NCBI GenBank assembly: GCA_963668675.2 | Contig: CAXXMB010000001.1 | Span: 1,120,001 to 1,184,000, forward strand | DNA length: 64,000 nt | Reading direction: 5' to 3' | Source: an uncultured Desulfatitalea sp. | GTDB lineage: Bacteria > Desulfobacterota > Desulfobacteria > Desulfobacterales > Desulfosarcinaceae | Part shown: positions 18,647 through 26,537 of the stretch, piece after piece | Numbering within the stretch: position 1 is the first letter of the stretch | Layout of the letters: every line of letters begins with the position of its first letter | Notes under the pieces: generated by a model | What the model saw: the letters and a program-made list of their open reading frames with translations, nothing else | What the model was told of the DNA's origin: nothing | Databases searched by the model: none | Made by a program: the position numbers and the translations under genes

Positions 18647-19468
18647 TTACTTTATGACCCTCAGTTTATGGTTCCGGCGCAGCTCCTCCCAAAGGGACCT
18701 GAGAATGACGGCACACGCTTCGTCAGGAAGGGGGCGAACCAGGCCTGCATGCTCGGCACAAGCATCGAGCAGCGCCTGGTTGCCGGCATATAGGTCAAAG
18801 TGTTGCTTCATATATTCCCATAGGCCGGAGTGAAGGTGGTTCAATTCGTCCACCTGTAGATTGGCAAGTAGCGTTCGATCCTTGAGTGACAGTGCCTCTT
18901 TAAGTATCGTGACCGCCTCGGACACGGTGCGGGGGATAACCTTCTCCGGCCGTGTGCCAAGCCCCTGGGAGCCGCTCAGCATTGGCTGCGGCTCTGATTT
19001 GACGAATCCGAGATAGAGGGCGGTTTCCAGAAGTTTTCGGGCCTGCCCGTAGATTTGAGTATCCTCGCTGGAGAGGGAACCCGTCACATGAGCTGTCTGA
19101 ATATGTCGCTGCGACATCCAGGAGCTGGTTAACGAGGCTGCCTCAAACAGTGCGTATTGAGACAGGTCCACATGGAGGAGCTGACGTTCGAGCAATAGAG
19201 CGGTCTTTACGGCCTCTTTTGTCTGTGGCGTTCGTTCGCCTTTCGAAATAACGAGAGTGCCATCCGATTCGGACACATTTTTATGCAACGCCTCATGAAA
19301 TCCCAATGAAGATGTCTCGATCAGCTGATAGCTATCCGGGATGCGACCATCCTCATTGCGCCTCCCCCTCGAAGTCCATCCACCATGCGAGATTCCCAAC
19401 TTGATAGCAATATCCAAGGCCGCAAGCTCGACGCCTGTCTGACCTGCTGATACGATTTTCCGAATCAT
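18647..19468 (-). CDS. SLOG (putative MoCo-carrier type) protein with C-terminal DUF6794-like domain; motifs degenerate
   Basis: KIVSAGQTGVELAALD.A...HGGW..RGRRNEDG.IP, NV.ESDGTL. Confidence 0.8.
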   Translation of the reverse strand: MIRKIVSAGQTGVELAALDIAIKLGISHGGWTSRGRRNEDGRIPDSYQLIETSSLGFHEALHKNVSESDGTLVISKGERTPQTKEAVKTALLLERQLLHVDLSQYALFEAASLTSSWMSQRHIQTAHVTGSLSSEDTQIYGQARKLLETALYLGFVKSEPQPMLSGSQGLGTRPEKVIPRTVSEAVTILKEALSLKDRTLLANLQVDELNHLHSGLWEYMKQHFDLYAGNQALLDACAEHAGLVRPLPDEACAVILRSLWEELRRNHKLRVIK

Positions 19469-19660
19469 TCGACTAGCCCTTGCATAAAGAATTGATATCC
19501 ATATCCGGAATTGTGTGACCGGGCAAGCCTAAAACAGAACGACCGCATCGCTTCGACTTGACATCTTTCCAAGGTCCGTGCAATTTAGCTATCAATTTCC
19601 TTAATACCGTAGTGCAGAGAGCGCGATCGGTTTGATGGCAATCCATATAAAAAGCGTGAC

Positions 19661-20572
19661 ATGTTAGGCTCCAATAAAAAACAGCAAACCGTCCTATTCG
19701 CAGACATCGCCGGCAGCACGCGATTATACGACACCCTGGGTGATGAAAAGGCACGCGCTCTGGTCACCTACTGCCTGGAGAAGCTGACCGTCTTCATCAA
19801 AAAGAAAAAGGGTACACTGGTCAAAACAATTGGTGATGAGGCCATGAGCCGATTTGACGCTGCGGATCATGCCGCTTCGGCGGCGATTTACATGCAGGAG
19901 GGTTTTTCCGCCGATCCCCGGATCGCTTCGATACCGATACAGTTGCGCATCGGATTGCATCACGGCCCGGTCATCATCGATGATAAGGATGTGTATGGAG
20001 ATGCCGTGAACATTGCCGCCCGTATGGGGGATCAGGCCAAGGCGGGGCAGATCATCACCTCAGGAGAGACACTTAAGCTGCTTGAAGAGATTCATCAATC
20101 CTCTGCGAGACTCGTCGATCAGACCCGGGTTAAAGGCAAATGGAAGCCGATCGATATTTACGAACTCTCCTGGGGCCGGCCTGAAGAGTTGACCATGACG
20201 ACGACATTGGCAGGCCAGCAAGCCCGGGCGGAACATCTCCACAGCACAAGCATGGTACTGGCCTTCGAAGGAAAAGAGGTATCTGTCGATCAAGTCAGCC
20301 CGGTGGTTACCCTGGGACGAGATACGACCAACGGCGTTGTCGTCAACGACCCCAAGGTATCCAGGCTGCATGCGCGCATAGAGTTGCGCAAGGACAAATT
20401 CATCCTGATAGATCAAAGTACCAACGGCACCTTTGTCTTGAGGGAAGACGGCCAGATGGCGAATGTCAGGCGATACGAAATTCTCCTGCCTGAGGCAGGC
20501 GCTATCGGGTTGGGCCAAAAAACCACTTTTGACTCGCCCCTGGCCATTCGGTTCCAGATTGAAGATAAGTAA
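19661..20572 (+). CDS. class III adenylate cyclase with C-terminal FHA domain
   Basis: FADIAGST, VKTIGD, DVYGDAVNIAAR; FHA motifs LGRD, VSRLHA, STNGT. Confidence 0.9.
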   Translation: MLGSNKKQQTVLFADIAGSTRLYDTLGDEKARALVTYCLEKLTVFIKKKKGTLVKTIGDEAMSRFDAADHAASAAIYMQEGFSADPRIASIPIQLRIGLHHGPVIIDDKDVYGDAVNIAARMGDQAKAGQIITSGETLKLLEEIHQSSARLVDQTRVKGKWKPIDIYELSWGRPEELTMTTTLAGQQARAEHLHSTSMVLAFEGKEVSVDQVSPVVTLGRDTTNGVVVNDPKVSRLHARIELRKDKFILIDQSTNGTFVLREDGQMANVRRYEILLPEAGAIGLGQKTTFDSPLAIRFQIEDK

Positions 20573-20581
20573 GGGTATAAG

Positions 20582-21049
20582 CTACTTTTCGGGAATCGGA
20601 TAGATAGCGCCATCCAGGCGCATCGCATAGTGCCCGCCATCGTACTCGATCCGACTGGCGAGCTTGAGCAACACCCGATCGGTAAACTTGATGCGATCCT
20701 CCCCTCTCTGGACATAAAGGTCATCTGCCCGGATAAAAAGATCCCCGGGCACCAAAATCAACCGCTCCCTGGTGTTTAAAAGCATGTCGATGGGCGGCTC
20801 CAGGGTCGCATCGATCACGAACAGAGGCGTATCTTCATAAAGAAAATAGACCTTTTCGCGCACCTGCTCCCTAATCTGCTCGACGAAGTAGCCATGCTCG
20901 TCTCTCCTGATCGAGGCATTAAAATAGTCGATGAGCCGTTTGTGTCGAAATCGGCCGCCTTCGTTGCACCAGTGGCCGAAGCGATCCATCCAGAATACCG
21001 CCCGCTCGGGTGGGATGATGACCTCCTCCAACTCCAGCTCCGGTTTCAT
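20582..21049 (-). CDS. conserved hypothetical protein (DUF1285-like)
   Basis: MDRFGHW...EKVYFLYEDTPLFV pattern. Confidence 0.6.
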   Translation of the reverse strand: MKPELELEEVIIPPERAVFWMDRFGHWCNEGGRFRHKRLIDYFNASIRRDEHGYFVEQIREQVREKVYFLYEDTPLFVIDATLEPPIDMLLNTRERLILVPGDLFIRADDLYVQRGEDRIKFTDRVLLKLASRIEYDGGHYAMRLDGAIYPIPEK

Positions 21050-21393
21050 ATCGATCCCCCTATGATATCAGCACATATAATACTTGGCGCCGGTCACCGA
21101 AAAAGAACGGCCATGGAGCACGCGTCCCGTTTCGATAACAACATCAGTGCCATCCGGATGCTTTATCACACAGTGAGTGCTGGCAACAAGAAGTAACGGG
21201 AATTTAACAACATTCTTCGACTTCAGATGACAATCCGCTTGACAATTTCTGCCCGTCAACCTATTGGTTTTAGTTTATTGCTCAAAAGCAACTAACGGGT
21301 TTTGCAACATCTACATGCGAAGGTGTAAACCACCCAATGGACTCGACGGTGCTTAAACCCGAAAGTTGAGTTCAGATATTAAGGAGAGGTACC

Positions 21394-22512
21394 ATGCTAA
21401 CAGTAGGATTTGTCGGTTGGCGCGGAATGGTCGGTTCGGTGCTCATGCAGCGAATGACGAGTGAGAATGATTTCAAGGATTTTTCTTTTGTTTTCTTCTC
21501 AACCTCACAGGTCGGCCAGACAGCTCCCGACATCGGCCAGGCAACTGCAACAGTCGAAGATGCTAACGATGTAAAGCGCCTATTGGAGATGGATATTATC
21601 ATCTCATGCCAGGGGGGCGGTTATACCCAGTCGTGCTATTCTCGCCTGCGCCAAGAAGGTTGGAGCGGTTATTGGATCGATGCAGCCTCGACCCTGCGAA
21701 TGGAAAAAAGCAGCGTCATCATACTCGACCCGGTCAACCGTGACGTCATCAAAAAAGCACTCGTCGGGGGCACCAGAGAGTTTATCGGGGGCAATTGCAC
21801 CGTCTCTTTGATGCTGATGGCATTAGGGGGCCTTTTTTCCGAAGGTCTCGTCGAGTGGATGACCGCCATGACCTATCAAGCCGCATCCGGCGCAGGCGCC
21901 CAGAACATGCGTGAGTTGGTTAATCAAATCCACTTGATCGGTCAAAACGCATCTGGTTTGATATCCGATCCCGCTTCGTCCATCCTGGCGCTCGACCGAA
22001 ATGTGACCGAAACGGTGAGAGGTGCTGATTTCCCAATTGAGCACTTTGGGGCCCCTCTGGCCGCATGCTTGATCCCCTGGATAGACCGTCCCATGGACAA
22101 CGGCCAAACCCGCGAAGAGTGGAAGGGTGGCGCGGAGGCCAACAAAATATTGGGATATGGAGAAAATCCGGTACCCATAGACGGTCTTTGCGTTCGAATC
22201 GGCGCGATGAGATGCCACAGCCAGGCACTCACCATTAAACTGAACAGAGATGTCCCCCTGGATGAGGTCGAGTCTATCCTGGGAGAGCACAATCCCTGGG
22301 TTCGTGTCATCCCGAATGAGAAAGAGGCAACCCTTCGTGAACTGACGCCGGCCAAGGTGTCCGGTACGCTGGATGTGCCCGTGGGTCGTATTCGCAAATT
22401 GAAAATGGGCCCCCAATATCTCACCGCCTTTACGGTGGGTGATCAATTGCTTTGGGGAGCGGCTGAACCGCTGCGACGCATGCTCGGTATTCTGAAAGAA
22501 CACCTGGCTTAG
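21394..22512 (+). CDS. asd: aspartate-semialdehyde dehydrogenase
   Basis: [35 protein letters not shown]. Confidence 0.96.
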   Translation: MLTVGFVGWRGMVGSVLMQRMTSENDFKDFSFVFFSTSQVGQTAPDIGQATATVEDANDVKRLLEMDIIISCQGGGYTQSCYSRLRQEGWSGYWIDAASTLRMEKSSVIILDPVNRDVIKKALVGGTREFIGGNCTVSLMLMALGGLFSEGLVEWMTAMTYQAASGAGAQNMRELVNQIHLIGQNASGLISDPASSILALDRNVTETVRGADFPIEHFGAPLAACLIPWIDRPMDNGQTREEWKGGAEANKILGYGENPVPIDGLCVRIGAMRCHSQALTIKLNRDVPLDEVESILGEHNPWVRVIPNEKEATLRELTPAKVSGTLDVPVGRIRKLKMGPQYLTAFTVGDQLLWGAAEPLRRMLGILKEHLA

Positions 22513-22602
22513 AAGGAGAGACAAAGCAGGCAAGCATCCCAATCACCTCCTCTATTCATCGCAAAATAGAGCTCATCACCAAGTACAACGGAGCGACAGC
22601 AG

Positions 22603-22809
22603 ATGATTGAAGATGAGAGCAACGACACGCATGAGGAAGAGAGCGGAAAACCCCGTGTGATTGCGGACTACGGTGGGAGAAGAAAAATTCTGGATCGCAG
22701 GACAACCCGAATCCCAATCGAACACCCTGAGAGGCGCTCAGGAAAAGAGAGGCGCTCCGGTTTTGATCGCCGTAGCGCCTTCAACAATCGATCAAAGAAA
22801 AAACCGTAA
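22603..22809 (+). CDS. small charged protein with (D/E)RR repeats
   Basis: DRR...ERRSGKERRSGFDRRS; GGAG upstream. Confidence 0.6.
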   Translation: MIEDESNDTHEEESGKPRVIADYGGRRKILDRRTTRIPIEHPERRSGKERRSGFDRRSAFNNRSKKKP

Positions 22810-22986
22810 CCCCTATCGATAGTTACGACCGCCCCCCTCTCATACCAAATCACTTTTGACTCCTGGTCGATATTGTGGTTTATAGGGGGATTTTAGATAA
22901 GCAGGGTGGAATTCTTTACGGGTTCGTTGCCAAGTTCATGCGAATTTTCCGTAATTGTTTAAAAATACCTGGAGCAAAGAAAAGCT

Positions 22987-23979
22987 ATGCCTTTTGCACA
23001 CATCATCGGTACAGGTTGCGCACTTCCCGAACGCGTTCTGACCAATCAAGATCTCGAACAATTTATCGATACGAGCGACGAGTGGATCACAAGACGGTCC
23101 GGCATTAAAGAGAGGCGCATTGCCAGTAAAGACCGTAATGAGACCACTTCACAACTGGGCCTGATGGCCGCACAGCGAGCGTTACAGACAGCCGATATCA
23201 GCGCCGATCAAATTGATACGATTATTGCCGCTACCGTGTCAGGAGATCGCCTGTTTCCATCGACCGCATGTTCAATCCAAAAGGAGTTGGCGGCCAACAA
23301 TGCAGCAGCCTATGACATCTCGGCAGGTTGCTCCGGTTTTGTATATGGGTTGGAACTGGGCAACAACAGTATCCGTGCAGGTGTTTCAAAAACGATCCTT
23401 CTCATTGGCACTGAACGCCTTTCGTCGGTATTGAACTGGCAGGATAGAAGCACATGTGTCCTCTTGGGAGATGGTGCCGGCGCGGTGGTGATTAGAAGCC
23501 TCGACGAACCAGGGGGAATATTATCGACGCACATTAAATCTGATGGCGGATACTGGGACCTGCTGTACGCAGAGGATGGCAACACCCCTCCCCCTGCTGC
23601 CCTCGAAGGGCTCTCCTGTCTGCCCCACCACCTCAAAATGGAGGGCAACAGACTCTTCAAGCAGGCCGTTCCCTCCATGGTCAAAATCGCCGAACAGGCC
23701 CTGGAGCACAACGGGCTGACCTGTGAAGAGATAGCATTAATGGTCCCCCATCAGGCCAACGTACGTATTTTGCAGGCAGTGGCCGAACGGCTTAAGATAC
23801 CGATTGAGAAGGTGTATACCAATCTCCACAAGTATGGCAACACATCGTCCGCCTCCATACCGATAGCAATGGACGAGGCCTACAGGGAGGGACGCATCAA
23901 AAAGGGCGATCGTGTTCTGCTTGTCGCATTTGGAGCCGGCCTCACCTGGGGTTCATCGATTATCGAGTGGAGCATCTGA
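22987..23979 (+). CDS. fabH: 3-oxoacyl-ACP synthase III
   Basis: DTSDEWI, AGCSGF, PHQAN, YGNTSSAS, FGAGLTWG. Confidence 0.93.
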   Translation: MPFAHIIGTGCALPERVLTNQDLEQFIDTSDEWITRRSGIKERRIASKDRNETTSQLGLMAAQRALQTADISADQIDTIIAATVSGDRLFPSTACSIQKELAANNAAAYDISAGCSGFVYGLELGNNSIRAGVSKTILLIGTERLSSVLNWQDRSTCVLLGDGAGAVVIRSLDEPGGILSTHIKSDGGYWDLLYAEDGNTPPPAALEGLSCLPHHLKMEGNRLFKQAVPSMVKIAEQALEHNGLTCEEIALMVPHQANVRILQAVAERLKIPIEKVYTNLHKYGNTSSASIPIAMDEAYREGRIKKGDRVLLVAFGAGLTWGSSIIEWSI

Positions 23980-24027
23980 GAGATACCATGCGCTATTGAA
24001 TACTCAACAATTCATCTGTGTCATTCG

Positions 24028-24537
24028 TCATTCGACCAATCCCAGGTGCTGCCAAAGGTCTTGAATTCCCAACCTCCTCAGACGCAGGCGTAAAAACTCC
24101 GATATGGTCGGTTGGATAGGCGCACGTTTAAGATACATGCCTGCCTCGGAAGGGGTGCGATTGCCTTTGCGGAGGTTACACGCACGGCAACAAGCAACGC
24201 AGTTTTCGAATGTGGTCGGTCCGCTTCTCGATCTGGGGACGATATGATCGATCGTCATCTTACCCTTTCGATCACCACAGTAGGAACAGGCAAACCCATC
24301 TCGTATGAGGACATTGCGCTTACTGAAAGGAACCCGGGAACGATACACGGCCCGGATCAACTTGATGAGCTTCAACACGGCAGGGATGCGCATGACCACT
24401 CCCTCGGCGCCATGAACAAGGTTTTCCGAGTAACGCAAAACTGTAACCTTGTTCTTTACCACCAGCCGCAATGCCCTCTTCCACTCCACCACATTCATGA
24501 AAGAGTAGTCTGCATTGAGTAATATGCATTGGGTCAT
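24028..24537 (-). CDS. small HNH endonuclease (IshB-like architecture)
   Basis: RD...CSYCG, TIDHIVPRS, NCVACCRACNLRKG; N-terminal LLNADY...KRALRLVVKNKV. Confidence 0.85.
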   Translation of the reverse strand: MTQCILLNADYSFMNVVEWKRALRLVVKNKVTVLRYSENLVHGAEGVVMRIPAVLKLIKLIRAVYRSRVPFSKRNVLIRDGFACSYCGDRKGKMTIDHIVPRSRSGPTTFENCVACCRACNLRKGNRTPSEAGMYLKRAPIQPTISEFLRLRLRRLGIQDLWQHLGLVE

Positions 24538-24844
24538 TTGAACTGCTCTCACATCAAAGACGGTCTCTGTTTATCGGCATTTTGTTATGACAGCCCCGAC
24601 ATGTCAACTCTTTCCGGCGTCACTAACCTAAAACAAATATGCAGTGTCCGAACAGGCCCTTGATGTTTTTGCCCTTTACCATAAGCGTGAGAAACTCCTG
24701 AAAAACAGATTTTTCCAAGATTTTGTTCTCATTGCGATGACGAAAAGAAGCTCTCTTTGACAATTAACGGCATGTCGGTGGCCCGCAACGCTACTAGCAC
24801 ATGAATTTCCCTATATTTTCAAGATATTTTAGGCTTTTAAACCC

Positions 24845-24860
24845 TGGCATAAATAGTGCT
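24845..24860 (+). promoter_or_regulatory. sigma54 -24/-12 promoter
   Basis: TGGCATAAATAGTGCT (GG-N10-GC) with an AT-rich upstream tract. Confidence 0.6.
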
Positions 24861-24984
24861 AATGATAAAACAAAGATAGATAGGGCGGAAGAGACGAAGT
24901 GTCCATTTGCAATGCCCACGAATTGTCCGCCAATAGGACCCGGAAAAGATCAAGTCGCTGAAACTGGGTTGGGATATAGAATTA

Positions 24985-25350
24985 ATGATAGAGTTCAGAG
25001 GTACATATTGCCAGAAATCAAACGCCAAATCGGTGGTCGTTCTGGTTCAGTTCGATGGCGTGCTATTGCATGTATGGCACCAGTCGGACCCTTTTTATCG
25101 CATTCTATCTTGTGATGCGTTTCAGATCGCCACGTCTCTTATCAAAGGTCAACGCTGCATCAAGCTTTCAAATGGCGATCGAATATTGACCGACGATATC
25201 TCTGCCGCGAACTCACTTGCCGAGCACGATTCAAGGCTGGACAACGCCGCCTCATCTCTCTCCAAATCGACATGGGTGGTTGCCATGTTGAGCACCGCAT
25301 TGGTGATCCTCGCCATTTGGTGGTTTTCAAAATATGGTTTCCCGCTATAG
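24985..25350 (+). CDS. membrane-anchored hypothetical protein resembling the N-terminal domain of M48 peptidases
   Basis: Beta-rich N-terminus, LSNGDRILTDD, C-terminal TM helix ending YGFPL; no HExxH. Confidence 0.6.
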   Translation: MIEFRGTYCQKSNAKSVVVLVQFDGVLLHVWHQSDPFYRILSCDAFQIATSLIKGQRCIKLSNGDRILTDDISAANSLAEHDSRLDNAASSLSKSTWVVAMLSTALVILAIWWFSKYGFPL

Positions 25351-25366
25351 AAAACGATTTTCGAAG

Positions 25367-26512
25367 CTATTGCCCGGATAGGCTATTGCGGATATTTTCG
25401 TGCATCTCGTTGAGTCGGTTGGTGTCGCCCATGTGGGCCTCTATCCACTTTACGGGTACGCCATATTGTCTGGCCAGCGCCGCTGTCGCCTCCTGGTAGG
25501 TATTGAATCGGTGCCCGGGGGTAGCCCAGTACCTTCTCTCTCGACGGGGGTCATAGAAATGGATGTCATCGGGTATGTTCAGTGGCTTCCAGTTTGTATT
25601 GCCCTTAACAACCATTGGCTTTTCCGATAACGCTTTGACAGCTTTGGCAAGATTTTCATGAATATCTCTAAGGAGATTGGTTTTGCCCATATGGACTGAA
25701 ATCCATGCAACGGGTTGGCCATACTGTTCTGACAGATCCGCCAACGCTTCATCGCGGGTGCGAAAAAAGCGCTTTTCATTCGTCTGAAAGGCCAAGGGTC
25801 TTCGGGCATCGTGAAAAACGGTAGCTGCAGATGCGGGGGCCTCATCCGATTGATTCATTTGGTCAGCATCCGAATCGTATGCCGCCATCAGCCGTGAGTG
25901 GATAATCCCCAAATCGTTCTCTTCCCCCATGTTTGCTTCGACCCACTCGGCTGGCTTGCCATAAAGCTTAGCCATGGCCTGGAGAGCCCCTTTCAAAGTG
26001 GTATGATGCGAATTGTGAAATGCCCAATAGCGCTTTGGACGACGGGGATCATAGAAGCTTGTGTTCCTGTTCTTCGCGATCATACTACGGTCTATCTGGA
26101 TCTTAGACGCAACCCTGGATTTTACCGGGGGCGAGTTTTCAAGCGGTGGCTTGGTTATCGATTCATTTTCGGATTCGGGGTTCCTGAATGGGGGTACCTT
26201 CCCTGGCACTCTTATGCCTGTAAACGCGGTTTTTATTTCAACATCGCCCTCTTTTTTCAAAGGCTTTGTATCGTCGGGCGTTTCAGGGGACTCTTTTTCT
26301 ACGCGCGCCACAATCTCTTTGGCGTAGCGCACCTCCACCGCTTTGGTACCCTTCAGAATGAAGTGGACATACTTCTCGGACTCCCAGATATGTTCGGAGA
26401 CCTCAATAGTGCCGTCTTTGAGCACAATGCGGTCAGAGAGGACATGGCCGGGAATCAGCACGGCCAAAAGTGTCCAGAGAAGTAAATTCGCCCTGTGAAG
26501 ATGATTGCGCAT
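25367..26512 (-). CDS. secreted protein with three ~60-aa repeats
   Basis: Signal-peptide-like start MRNHLHRANLLLWTLLAVLIPGHVLS; repeats F(Y/H)D(P/A)RR...YG.P..W...MG..N.L..(I/M)H. Confidence 0.8.
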   Translation of the reverse strand: MRNHLHRANLLLWTLLAVLIPGHVLSDRIVLKDGTIEVSEHIWESEKYVHFILKGTKAVEVRYAKEIVARVEKESPETPDDTKPLKKEGDVEIKTAFTGIRVPGKVPPFRNPESENESITKPPLENSPPVKSRVASKIQIDRSMIAKNRNTSFYDPRRPKRYWAFHNSHHTTLKGALQAMAKLYGKPAEWVEANMGEENDLGIIHSRLMAAYDSDADQMNQSDEAPASAATVFHDARRPLAFQTNEKRFFRTRDEALADLSEQYGQPVAWISVHMGKTNLLRDIHENLAKAVKALSEKPMVVKGNTNWKPLNIPDDIHFYDPRRERRYWATPGHRFNTYQEATAALARQYGVPVKWIEAHMGDTNRLNEMHENIRNSLSGQ

Positions 26513-26537
26513 ATCAGCTAGGATCGGAAGAAGAAAG

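Noticed and set aside
24571..24578. GCCGATAA upstream of the HNH gene as a sigma28 promoter
   Set aside because: No -35 element at the 15-bp spacing
24596..24778. CCGACATG/CATGTCGG inverted repeat as IS ends or an RNA closing stem
   Set aside because: An 8-bp inverted match in ~400 bp is expected by chance
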